Shown one piece after another: positions 18,548-27,013 of a stretch of 32,000 nt of DNA. Both the position numbers and the translations under genes were made by a program. The DNA comes from an uncultured bacterium (GTDB taxonomy: Bacteria; Margulisbacteria; WOR-1; CAVSGV01). How positions within the stretch are numbered: position 1 is the first letter of the stretch; the number at the start of each line of letters is the position of its first letter. The notes under the pieces were generated by a model, which ran no database searches, was not told where the DNA came from, and saw nothing but the letters and a program-made list of their open reading frames with translations. The DNA lies in contig OY969425.1 in the NCBI GenBank assembly GCA_963699255.1, positions 60,001 to 92,000 on the forward strand, read 5' to 3'.

Positions 18548-19033
18548 ATGAGAACAATAAAGATCGCCTTATTGATCATACTTGTATATCTGCTGCAGAT
18601 CACGATCATCTCCAGACTGTCCGTGTTCGGCGTCAAAGCCGATCTCCTTCTGATAATCACCACTCTGTTCGCGGTCACATACGGGGCGGAGGACGGCTTT
18701 TTGATCGGGCTGTTATGCGGACTTGTCCAGGACGTGTTCGGCGGGTCGTTCTACGTGCAGGTCGTTTCCAAAGCTCTTCTCGGTTTTTTGATCGGGACCT
18801 TCAAGGAGAGCGTTTTCGGAACGGAGGAGAGCGTGGCTTTTATGGCGGTCTTTGTCGCGACCGTCACCAATTTTGTCCTGGAGGCGGTGATCCTCTTTTT
18901 CTTTTTCGGGAGACCGTTCGCCTCGCCGCTCATCCTTGTGGGCACCCTTATCATCTCCTGTATATATAACAGTCTGCTTGCGCCCCTGTTCTACCCGATA
19001 GTGAAGCTTACCTCCAGATCGGTCATGGAATAA
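18548..19033 (+). CDS. mreD: Rod shape-determining protein MreD
   Basis: Polytopic membrane protein in the mreBCD context: FAVTYGAEDGFLIGLLCGLVQDVFGGSFYVQVVSKALLGFLIG. Confidence 0.88.
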   Translation: MRTIKIALLIILVYLLQITIISRLSVFGVKADLLLIITTLFAVTYGAEDGFLIGLLCGLVQDVFGGSFYVQVVSKALLGFLIGTFKESVFGTEESVAFMAVFVATVTNFVLEAVILFFFFGRPFASPLILVGTLIISCIYNSLLAPLFYPIVKLTSRSVME

Positions 19034-19036
19034 ACG

Positions 19037-20848
19037 ATGGACAGGGAAAATCAATCCAGGCTTTTTATAACATGCCTCTTTATCATTTTCATCGTTCTGT
19101 TCGGACGGCTCTGGCAGCTCCAGGTGCTTGAATACTCAACGTATTCCGCGCTGTCAAAGGAGAACGCCACAAGGACGATCCCCATGCTGGCTCCCAGAGG
19201 GATAATTTACGACAGGCACGGGAAGGTCATTGTTGAGAACAGGGCGATATTTTCCGTTTACCTGTTCCCGGGCAGCTTCGACGATGAGGATGAAATGAAA
19301 ACAGTGCTGTCATCCGTTTCGCGCATAGTCCAGATCCCCCAGGACAAGATACTGAAAAAGATAAACGAGAACAAATCGCGGACGTTCGAGCCGATCCTGA
19401 TAAAAGATGATCTTTCCATAAGGACCGTTACCGCCCTTGAAGAAAGGCAGTACAGCCTTCCGGGAATCGTGGTCAATGTCAGGCCGGTAAGATATTATCC
19501 TTACAAGAACCTCGCGGCCCAAGTCCTGGGCTACGCGGGCGAGATAACGAAGGACGAACTCAGCTACATGCATGAGCAGGGATATAACCTGAAGGACATA
19601 ATCGGCCAGGAAGGGATCGAGGATACTTACGATAAATACCTGCGGGGAGTGAACGGAGGCCAGCAGCTGGAGATAGATGTTGCCGGACGTCCGGTAAGGA
19701 CAGTGGGAGCTCTTGAACCCGTTCCCGGATCGGACATAAGGCTGACGCTGGACCTGGACCTGCAAAAACTCGTCGAGAAGAACCTGGAGGGAAAGCGCGG
19801 CGCGGTCATAGTTATGGATCCGAGGAACGGCGAAATACTTGCCATGGCAAGCCATCCAAGCTATGACCCGAACATCTTTGCCGCGCCTCTGGACAAGCGC
19901 GAATGGGAGAGGATGGATAAAGAAGAGCACCCATTCCTTAATAGGGCTATCTCCACTTATCCGCCGGGCTCAACTTTCAAGGTAGTGAATTTATCCGCCA
20001 CCCTTCAGGAAAAGACGGCGACCCTGGATGAGACGTTCGATTGCAAAGGATATTTTATTTTAGGGAATCGGAAAGCGATGTGCTGGATCTCAGCATATCC
20101 TAAAAAAATGCACGGCAAGATGACCATATTGGAGGGACTTGTTAATTCGTGCGACGTGGTTTTTTACAATCTAGGATTAAGGAATGGCCCGGAACTTCTA
20201 TCAAAATACGCGAAGGCTTATGGTCTGGGCACCCGCACGGGAATAGATCTTCCGGGTGAACTTGCCGGCGTGGTCCCCGATGCGGAGTGGAAGAAGAGCG
20301 TTTACAATGACGTCTGGGTGAAAGGCGATTCCATCAATTACGGGATCGGTCAGGGTTTTCTTATAGTTACGCCGCTTCAGATGGCTAACGTATACGGCAC
20401 CATAGCCGTCGGCAAGAGATACGTTCCGCACGTTCTGCTTGATGTAAAATCCAGGGATGGCAGGTATATCTATAAGTATAAACCCGCGGAGATGGGCGGC
20501 ATTCCGTTATCGGCTGAGAACGCTGCTTTGCTCAGGGATACTATGAGGCAGATAGTGAAGCGCGGCACGGGCATCGCAGCCGAGGTCAAGGACATGCCGG
20601 CGGCGGGCAAGACCGGGACCGCGGAGAATCCCGGCAAGGCCCATGCGTGGTTCATTTGTTTCGCGCCTTACAGCTCTCCCGAGGTCGTGATCGCTTCATT
20701 TGTCGAGCACGGCGAACACGGCGACCATGTCACCGCTTACATAGCCCGGGAGATACTTAAGTGGTACAGGGATAATGCTTATAATAAGGAAGAGAAGAAT
20801 AAATTAACAATTAACAATGACACAATGAACAACAAGGAATATATTTAA
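19037..20848 (+). CDS. mrdA: Penicillin-binding protein 2
   Basis: RGIIYDRHGKVIVENRAIFSVYL, AGYAGEIT, TYPPGSTFKV catalytic motif, AAGKTGTAENPGKAHAWFICFAPY. Confidence 0.95.
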   Translation: MDRENQSRLFITCLFIIFIVLFGRLWQLQVLEYSTYSALSKENATRTIPMLAPRGIIYDRHGKVIVENRAIFSVYLFPGSFDDEDEMKTVLSSVSRIVQIPQDKILKKINENKSRTFEPILIKDDLSIRTVTALEERQYSLPGIVVNVRPVRYYPYKNLAAQVLGYAGEITKDELSYMHEQGYNLKDIIGQEGIEDTYDKYLRGVNGGQQLEIDVAGRPVRTVGALEPVPGSDIRLTLDLDLQKLVEKNLEGKRGAVIVMDPRNGEILAMASHPSYDPNIFAAPLDKREWERMDKEEHPFLNRAISTYPPGSTFKVVNLSATLQEKTATLDETFDCKGYFILGNRKAMCWISAYPKKMHGKMTILEGLVNSCDVVFYNLGLRNGPELLSKYAKAYGLGTRTGIDLPGELAGVVPDAEWKKSVYNDVWVKGDSINYGIGQGFLIVTPLQMANVYGTIAVGKRYVPHVLLDVKSRDGRYIYKYKPAEMGGIPLSAENAALLRDTMRQIVKRGTGIAAEVKDMPAAGKTGTAENPGKAHAWFICFAPYSSPEVVIASFVEHGEHGDHVTAYIAREILKWYRDNAYNKEEKNKLTINNDTMNNKEYI

Positions 20849-20915
20849 TAATATGTTGCCGAAGGCAACACGACGTTGTTAATTATTAATTGAGAAATTG
20901 TTAATTGTGTGATAT
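20806..20915. repeat. AT-rich repeat sharing modules with 16545-16640; includes hairpin GTTGCC-GAA-GGCAAC (20855-20869)
   Basis: acaatgacacaatga and aattgtgtgat occur here and upstream of mreB. Confidence 0.65.
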
Positions 20916-20972
20916 AATTTTGCCTCGTTTTGTTGCCCCGAAGAATAGATCCACGGGGCGGGGAGAATTAAA

Positions 20973-21755
20973 TTGGAAAAAGTTGAGTTAGAAGCAAAGG
21001 AAAGGGAAAAGACCGGGAGAGCACACTCCCGCAGAGCAAGGATAGCCGGGATGATACCCGCTATCGTTTACGGGCAGGGAATGGATTCCCTTTCCATCGA
21101 AGTGAACACCAAGCAATTCGCGAAGATAATCACTTCAAAAGCGGGGCGCAACATCATTATTACTCTTAAGGTCGCCGGTGACGGCAAGGTCCAGAACATC
21201 CCCGTCCTGGCGCATGAGATATTAATAGACGCGATCAAGGACAACATAGTGCATGTCGATTTCTATAAAATAAACATGGAAGAAGCGATAAAGGTAAAGG
21301 TCCCGGTCATCCTTCAGGGAGAATCTACCGGCGTAAAACTTGACGGAGGCATCCTTGTGCACGGGCTCAGAGAAGTGGAAATTAAATGTCTGCCCGCCAA
21401 TATCCCTGATAAGTTCGTGCTGGATGTTACCCCCTTAAAGATCGGCGGCGGGCTCCATGTGTCAGACCTTAAGCCGGAAAAGGGAGTGGAGGTCGTAACT
21501 ATTCCCACGGAAATTCTGGTGACGATCGCGGCGCCGGCCAAGGAAGAAGAAGTTATTGCTCCTGTTGTGGCTCCGGAAGTTACGGGCCAGGCAGTACCGC
21601 CCACAGCGCCTGGCGCAGCACCAGCTGCGGGGGCGGCTCCCGCCGCTAAGGAAGCAGCGCCTGCAAAAGGTGCCGCCGCGCCTGCCGCTAAAGAAGCAGC
21701 GCCAGCTAAAGGTGCGCCTGCTAAAGCTGCCGCTCCGGAAGCAAAAAAGAAATAA
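20973..21755 (+). CDS. rplY: 50S ribosomal protein L25/general stress protein Ctc with low-complexity C-terminal tail
   Basis: MIPAIVYGQG, NIPVLAHEILIDAIKDNIVHVDFYKINMEEAIKVKVPV; Ala/Pro/Lys tail at ~21595-21755. Confidence 0.93.
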   Translation: MEKVELEAKEREKTGRAHSRRARIAGMIPAIVYGQGMDSLSIEVNTKQFAKIITSKAGRNIIITLKVAGDGKVQNIPVLAHEILIDAIKDNIVHVDFYKINMEEAIKVKVPVILQGESTGVKLDGGILVHGLREVEIKCLPANIPDKFVLDVTPLKIGGGLHVSDLKPEKGVEVVTIPTEILVTIAAPAKEEEVIAPVVAPEVTGQAVPPTAPGAAPAAGAAPAAKEAAPAKGAAAPAAKEAAPAKGAPAKAAAPEAKKK

Positions 21756-21778
21756 TTATTTAATCACAGATATTCTTA

Positions 21779-21867
21779 CCTCACCCCAAAGTATATTGGT
21801 GTCATAATCTACTTTAGTTTATTCTTTGCCCCCCTCTCCTTATTAAGGAGAGGGGTCGGGGGTGAGG
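21779..21867. repeat. Nested palindromic element downstream of rplY
   Basis: Outer arms cctcacccc (21779-21787) / ggggtgagg (21859-21867). Inner perfect 25-mer palindrome cccctctccttattaaggagagggg (21831-21855). Confidence 0.85.
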
Positions 21868-21921
21868 ATGCAAGTTCCGCGGTTATTCTCACGATATATA
21901 GATTGGCGCAAAAAGCGCGGA

Positions 21922-21950
21922 TTGACTTTTTATCCCTTGAAGTATATTAT
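21922..21950 (+). promoter_or_regulatory. Putative sigma70-type promoter
   Basis: TTGACT (21922-21927), 17-nt spacer, TATTAT (21945-21950), about 22 nt before the ATG at 21972. Confidence 0.55.
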
Positions 21951-21971
21951 TTTCATTTAAAGGGGTGGATC

Positions 21972-23225
21972 ATGGGCGAAGATTTGAATACATCTGCAGG
22001 ATCCCTTCACCCGGGAAGGCCGGTCATATGGCCTACAGGTAAACCAACTTCAACATCATCTGCACCTCAAGCTTCCGCGGGAGCTCAAGCTTCTGCGGCA
22101 GCTAAAACTCCCTCAAAAGTTGCTCCTACTCCTCAGGAGATCGCACAGATTCAAGCCGCCGCGCAAGCGCTTGAGAGAGGACAGGTAGCCCGTCAATATA
22201 CGCAGGCGGACCTGAAGGAGCTGCTTCTTTCACAGAACATCGCGGACACCGAGGCTAACGAAAAGCTCGCGACCGCCATGCTTCGCTACGGAGTGGAAGT
22301 CTCAAAATCGAATTTCACGAAACTCGCGACAATGATCGGGTCCGATGCGAGCCAGACGACCCAGGAAGCCGCGATACTTCTTCTGATGAAAGGGATAGAT
22401 TCCCCCGCTGCGGCAAAAGCTTTGAGCAGCTTTTTGTCCGATAACCCGCAGCTTGCCGCACAGCTTACATCCCTGAAAGGGAACGTTTCAGACCTTCTTA
22501 CCGCGCTCTCCATGGGACAGGGGATCATAAACGACCAGATGGCCGCAAAGCTGGCTGCTGTGCTTGCACAATTCGGCACGGAAATGGATAACGTCCCCGG
22601 GAAATATAAATTCTCAGGGAAAGGCTCGATGGGCAGGGCCGAACTTTCGTCTGACCTGAGGGCGCTTAAAGCGCTGCTCGACGGCCTGCCGGAGAAGGAA
22701 AACCTTCCCGACAGCGCGGAAGGGCAGATCATCGAATCAAATATCAACGCGACCTCGAACAGGCTCGACCAGATGATACAAAGCGTGGTCTCACAGGCGA
22801 TGCTTTCAAAACAATCCTCCAAGCCCGAGATGAATTATTCTTATTATCAGATACCGAACGCTTTGGTGAAACCTCAGACAACGGTCGATCTGATAGTTAA
22901 GAGGAGCGACAAGGAGGGCGGGAAAAAGATCGATCCCCAGGACACTCAGATAATAATGTCGCTTGAAACGCTGAACATGGGCCGTGTCGCGGTGAAGATG
23001 ACCATTAAAGGGAAGAACGTCGATTTCCTGTTCAACACGCAGAATGACGAAGTGAAATCTTTGATCGCCAAAAATTCGAAAGAGCTTGCCAGCTCAGTCT
23101 CGGGTAAAGATTTTTCCGTCCCGAAGATCCAGGTAAACGTGAACCCTTCGATGTGCGCTATAAAGCCTTTCCTGATACCTTTTCTTGGAATCGAGGATCT
23201 AATGAAGATAGATGTGAGCGCGTGA
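21972..23225 (+). CDS. Flagellar hook-length control protein-like (FliK/YlqG-like)
   Basis: Low-complexity N-terminal half; C-terminus IIMSLETLNMGRVAVKMTIKGKNVDFLFNTQNDEVKSLIAKNSKEL resembles a FliK C-terminal domain. Start set at ATG 21972 behind aaggggtg. Confidence 0.6.
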   Translation: MGEDLNTSAGSLHPGRPVIWPTGKPTSTSSAPQASAGAQASAAAKTPSKVAPTPQEIAQIQAAAQALERGQVARQYTQADLKELLLSQNIADTEANEKLATAMLRYGVEVSKSNFTKLATMIGSDASQTTQEAAILLLMKGIDSPAAAKALSSFLSDNPQLAAQLTSLKGNVSDLLTALSMGQGIINDQMAAKLAAVLAQFGTEMDNVPGKYKFSGKGSMGRAELSSDLRALKALLDGLPEKENLPDSAEGQIIESNINATSNRLDQMIQSVVSQAMLSKQSSKPEMNYSYYQIPNALVKPQTTVDLIVKRSDKEGGKKIDPQDTQIIMSLETLNMGRVAVKMTIKGKNVDFLFNTQNDEVKSLIAKNSKELASSVSGKDFSVPKIQVNVNPSMCAIKPFLIPFLGIEDLMKIDVSA

Positions 23226-23548
23226 TGGCCGAGAAAGAGAAGCCGATCCCGGGTAAAAGAACCGCTGTCGCGATGCGGTATGATGTGGAATCGGACAAAG
23301 CACCGCTGATACTTGCTTCCGGTCGCGGAGCCGTGGCGGATGAGATACTTCGCATAGCCGATGAGAACAAAATACCTCTTTACGAGAACAGGCAATTGGC
23401 GACTATGCTCGCAAAATTGGAAATTGACTCGGAGATCCCCCCTCAGCTCTACGTTCTGGTCGCCGAAGTTCTTTTCTTTGTTTATAAGCTTGACAAGATG
23501 GCAGAGAAAAGAGAAAAGCTGGTCCAAAGGATAAAAGAACAAAAATAA
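23225..23548 (+). CDS. FlhB C-terminal-domain-like protein (FlhX/YlqH-like)
   Basis: AVAMRYDVESDKAPLILASGRGAVADEILRIADENKIPLYENRQLATMLAKLEIDSEIPPQLYVLVAEVLFFVYKL; lacks the export-apparatus TM domain and NPTH. TGA/ATG overlap with the upstream gene. Confidence 0.82.
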   Translation: MAEKEKPIPGKRTAVAMRYDVESDKAPLILASGRGAVADEILRIADENKIPLYENRQLATMLAKLEIDSEIPPQLYVLVAEVLFFVYKLDKMAEKREKLVQRIKEQK

Positions 23549-23553
23549 ACCCC

Positions 23554-23581
23554 TTGATTTTTCCGTAATCTTGCGTATAAT
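23554..23581 (+). promoter_or_regulatory. Putative sigma70-type promoter for the flgF-like gene
   Basis: TTGATT (23554-23559), 16-nt spacer, TATAAT (23576-23581). Confidence 0.6.
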
Positions 23582-23629
23582 TTTCATGGTAAACCTCTCT
23601 GCCTACTCGCTTTGCTGCGGGATGGCAGG

Positions 23630-23660
23630 CCCCGTAAGAATGCGTCGCATCTCTACGGGG
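23630..23660 (+). repeat. Leader hairpin between putative promoter and flgF-like start
   Basis: ccccgtaagaatgcg / cgcatctctacgggg: 12 of 15 paired, with a 3x3 internal loop. Confidence 0.75.
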
Positions 23661-23687
23661 CAGGCAGTGCGGTTAGGAGTTGATAAC

Positions 23688-24425
23688 GTGGTGAACGATA
23701 AGATCCTTGAAGTTGGAGGGGCAGGGATTGACGGAGCGGACGCACAGGTAAAGGCTCTGATGAACAACATAGTTAACTCCGAGACCCCGGGATTCAGGAA
23801 ATCCGATGTTGTTATCAAGTCTTTTCCTACTTATTTGGAAGAAGCCCAGCTAAGATCATCCACGCAAGTGCCGCAAGTTGAAGGCATACATTACGATCAA
23901 ACCCCCGGAACGCTCCTGCGAACGGGAAATAAAACGGATCTTGCTATAGGAGGCGAAGGGTTTTTTGTTATTGACACGCCTTATGGTGAAGGCTACACAA
24001 GAGATGGAAGGTTCACACTGGACCAGAATGGCAAGCTTGTTACGGTTGCAGGCAACTTTCCTGTTGAAGGGATCTCGGGACAGATCATCGTGAATCCCGG
24101 CGACGATATAGAATTTACGGTAGATGGAAAAGTAAGGGTGAATGAGCAGGAACTAAATACGATAAAGGTGGTTAAATTTCCGGATATGTCCGCCTTAACT
24201 CCCATAAACGGATCAACTTTTAAAGCCAGCGATCAGGCGGAAAGGGAGATAAATCAAACGCCGCGCATCGTCAGCGGTTACGTTGAAGCATCTAATACGA
24301 ATCTCATAGAAGAATATATGAATATGATCTATTTATCCAGGGTTTACGAAGTCGATTCGAAGGTGGTTGCCAACAGGGAAGCCATGTTGTCAAAAGCCGT
24401 AGAAATGGGGAAGGCAGCACAATAA
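23688..24425 (+). CDS. flgF: Flagellar hook-basal body protein, FlgF/FlgG family
   Basis: MNNIVNSETPGFRKSDV, LRTGNKTDLAIGGEGFFVIDTPYGEGYTRDGRFTLD, VSGYVEASNTNLIEEYMNMI. GTG 23688 behind taggag is preferred to the track's TTG start at 23571. Confidence 0.82.
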   Translation: MVNDKILEVGGAGIDGADAQVKALMNNIVNSETPGFRKSDVVIKSFPTYLEEAQLRSSTQVPQVEGIHYDQTPGTLLRTGNKTDLAIGGEGFFVIDTPYGEGYTRDGRFTLDQNGKLVTVAGNFPVEGISGQIIVNPGDDIEFTVDGKVRVNEQELNTIKVVKFPDMSALTPINGSTFKASDQAEREINQTPRIVSGYVEASNTNLIEEYMNMIYLSRVYEVDSKVVANREAMLSKAVEMGKAAQ

Positions 24426-24490
24426 AAGCGCCTTGAGGGGTGCCAGCGAAGCGCAGGGTCAAGTTGAGAGGCTTTAGCCGCTCAGCGTTC

Positions 24491-24511
24491 ACCCCGCCAA
24501 TTGGGCGGGGT
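24491..24511. repeat. Hairpin just upstream of the flgG ribosome-binding site
   Basis: accccgcc-aattg-ggcggggt, followed by taaaggagg. Confidence 0.75.
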
Positions 24512-24529
24512 AAAGGAGGTTGAAAGAAT

Positions 24530-25333
24530 ATGTTTGAACCGCTTTATGTCGCCGCTACGGGGATGAATGTTTTTGAAGATGAGATGGTTGATATAACGAA
24601 CAATCTTGCGAATGCCAGCACGGTCGGGTTTAAAAAGGGCAGGGTTGAAAAAGAAAGTCTTTATACTATCGAGAGAACTTTTCAGTCTGAGCTGAGGGAC
24701 CAGATGCTCAAACAGGGGATCGCGCCGTCATTCGGGCCGACGGAGTACGGGAGCGGCGTGCGCGTTGCCGCGGCATCCAAGGATTTTTCGCAGGGCACGA
24801 TCGAGACCACGAACAATGCGCTTGACATAGCGATCCAGGGGAATGGCTTTTTCCAGTTCAGCATGCCCGACGGCACCTTTGCTTATGGAAGAGCGGGCAA
24901 CCTGCATGCCGACAATGAAGGGAATCTGGTCGATCCGAACGGCCGCAAGCTCGAACCCGAGATCGTGCTTCCCGAGGGAACGACAAAAGTGATAATCAAG
25001 CAGGATGGAACGGTACTGGCTTCCGTTAACAATAGCATCGATACTCAGGAGGTCGGACAGATCGCCCTGGTGAAATTCTTCAACCCTGCCGGATTGAAAA
25101 GCATCGGACAGAATATGTTCGTTGAGACAGAAGCTTCCGGAACGCCGACGATCGGGGTCGCCAATCAGGAAGGATTCGGCTCCATAAATCAGTATGCTCT
25201 TGAAAATTCAAATGTTGATGTTATATCCGAGATGATGCGCATGGTCATGCTCCAGAGAGTATTTGATACGGTCTCGAAAGCTGTTCAGAGCTATGACGGC
25301 ATGCTGGCGTCAGTGGACAAGATGAAATCGTAA
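24530..25333 (+). CDS. flgG: Flagellar basal-body rod protein FlgG-like
   Basis: MFEPLYVAATGMNVFEDEMVDITNNLANASTVGFKKGRV, NALDIAIQGNGFFQFSMPDGTFAYGRAGNL, QYALENSNVDVISEMMRMVMLQRVFDTVSKAVQ. Confidence 0.93.
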   Translation: MFEPLYVAATGMNVFEDEMVDITNNLANASTVGFKKGRVEKESLYTIERTFQSELRDQMLKQGIAPSFGPTEYGSGVRVAAASKDFSQGTIETTNNALDIAIQGNGFFQFSMPDGTFAYGRAGNLHADNEGNLVDPNGRKLEPEIVLPEGTTKVIIKQDGTVLASVNNSIDTQEVGQIALVKFFNPAGLKSIGQNMFVETEASGTPTIGVANQEGFGSINQYALENSNVDVISEMMRMVMLQRVFDTVSKAVQSYDGMLASVDKMKS

Positions 25334-25364
25334 TTAGGCCCGGTTTTCTTAGGGAGATTAAAGA

Positions 25365-26087
25365 ATGGCAAAAAAAGTCCTATTATTTATTTTTTTATTG
25401 GCTCTGGCAGGCAGTGCCGGATTTGGAGCTTCTGTTCCCAATGATGTCCCGGGCAGGATGACAAAGGCCATTATCAGCTGTCTCATCGCCAAGGATCCGA
25501 GCTACTCCGGCAGGAAGATCGAAGTGACTTATAAATACGCGGACAAGATATTCAGGGACCTTAAAGCGCGCCAGGGCAAGGTCACTTTTGCGATCGCCGA
25601 ACTATACCCGGATTTCAAGCCGATCGGGAATATCATTGTGCCGGTCCAGGTGATCGTTGATGATGTTCCGAAGGAAAAGATATTCCTTAGAACAAAGGTG
25701 TCCGTTTATGATGGGATCGTTGTCGCTAAAAAGCGTTTAAAGAGAGGGGATATTCTGTCAAGCGCTGAAGCCGGAATGGAAGAAAGGGATGTTGCGGTGC
25801 TGAATCAGGATGTGATCAAGGATGTGAACCTTGTCCTCGGCAGGGAAGTGAAAACATTTGTGACAAGCGGGAATCCTATTTACAGCTGGATGATAAGGGA
25901 AAAACCGTTCGTGAAGAAGAACGAAAAGGTCAAAATCATCGCGGCCTATGAAAATGTCTTTGTGTCGGCTGACGGGATGTCGCTGGAGGACGGCAATATG
26001 GGTTCCGAGGTCAAGGTCAAGAACGCGTCCTCCGGCAAGGAAGTTATAGGCGAGGTTACGGGAACGGGAGAGGTAACAGTTAGATGA
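25365..26087 (+). CDS. flgA: Flagella basal body P-ring formation protein FlgA
   Basis: Signal peptide; [29 protein letters not shown]...[37 protein letters not shown] (SAF-type domain). Confidence 0.88.
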   Translation: MAKKVLLFIFLLALAGSAGFGASVPNDVPGRMTKAIISCLIAKDPSYSGRKIEVTYKYADKIFRDLKARQGKVTFAIAELYPDFKPIGNIIVPVQVIVDDVPKEKIFLRTKVSVYDGIVVAKKRLKRGDILSSAEAGMEERDVAVLNQDVIKDVNLVLGREVKTFVTSGNPIYSWMIREKPFVKKNEKVKIIAAYENVFVSADGMSLEDGNMGSEVKVKNASSGKEVIGEVTGTGEVTVR

Positions 26088-26425
26088 TGAGAATAATGCT
26101 GAGATCGAAGCTTCACAGATTGACCGTTACGGAGACGAACATCAATTATGAAGGAAGCATAACAATAGACAAACGCTTGATCAGGAGCGCCGATATTTTG
26201 TCGGGAGAAAGGGTACAGGTCGTAAATATAAATAACGGCGAGAGATTCGAGACTTATGTTATCGAGGGAGGGGATGGTGTCGTGTGTTTGAACGGCGCCG
26301 CTGCGCGTCTCGCGACCCCCGGAGATAAAATAATAGTCATCGCGTATGCGATGGCCGATGAAAACGAGGTTAAAAGCATAAAACCAAAGGTCATATTGGT
26401 CGATGAAAGGAACAGGGCAAAATGA
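26084..26425 (+). CDS. panD: Aspartate 1-decarboxylase
   Basis: [25 protein letters not shown] with the Gly-Ser self-cleavage site, [40 protein letters not shown]. Confidence 0.95.
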   Translation: MMRIMLRSKLHRLTVTETNINYEGSITIDKRLIRSADILSGERVQVVNINNGERFETYVIEGGDGVVCLNGAAARLATPGDKIIVIAYAMADENEVKSIKPKVILVDERNRAK

Positions 26426-27012
26426 GGAATCTTAAGCTCTTAAGCGCGTTGATCCTGGCTGTTGTCATTCTGTCTTATGGTTTTGCTTATGCCGATTCGA
26501 TCTGGGACAAAACCAGCTCTTCACCATATTCTGTCAGCAAGGCATTCAAGGTGGGGGATGTCATAACTGTTTTTGTCCTTGAGTCAACATCGGCGGCGCA
26601 AAAGGCCGGTACCAACACGAATGCGGACGACAGCTTGAGCCTCGCTTTCAGCTCAAACCTTGCCGCCTTTTATCATCCTGGCAAAGCGATCACCGGTTCG
26701 GGCGGGAACACTTATAAAGGACTTGGCGATACTTCCAGGACAAGCAATGTGACCGCAAAGATCGCGGCGGTCGTGGTGAAAGTGCTGCCGAACAGCAATC
26801 TCTTGATCGAGGGGGAACACAAGGTCGCGGTCAATGATGAGGTGCAGACCATAAAGATATCCGGTATGGTACGTCCGATGGATGTAAGCCTGCAGAACAC
26901 GGTTTATTCTTATCAGGTGGCGGGAGCCGATGTCTCAGTTAAAGGGAGCGGGGTTGTCGGGGATGTGGAAAGCCCGGGCGTTGTTAGTCGCTTCCTCAAT
27001 TGGTTGTTCTAA
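26422..27012 (+). CDS. flgH: Flagellar L-ring protein FlgH
   Basis: [65 protein letters not shown]. Confidence 0.92.
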   Translation: MRNLKLLSALILAVVILSYGFAYADSIWDKTSSSPYSVSKAFKVGDVITVFVLESTSAAQKAGTNTNADDSLSLAFSSNLAAFYHPGKAITGSGGNTYKGLGDTSRTSNVTAKIAAVVVKVLPNSNLLIEGEHKVAVNDEVQTIKISGMVRPMDVSLQNTVYSYQVAGADVSVKGSGVVGDVESPGVVSRFLNWLF

Positions 27013-27013
27013 A

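Noticed and set aside
17720-19033. Several 60-150 aa antisense ORFs over mreC/mreD
   Set aside because: Typical long-frame noise opposite GC-moderate coding DNA.
19310-19930. 206-aa minus-strand ORF inside mrdA
   Set aside because: Antisense to the conserved PBP2 sequence.
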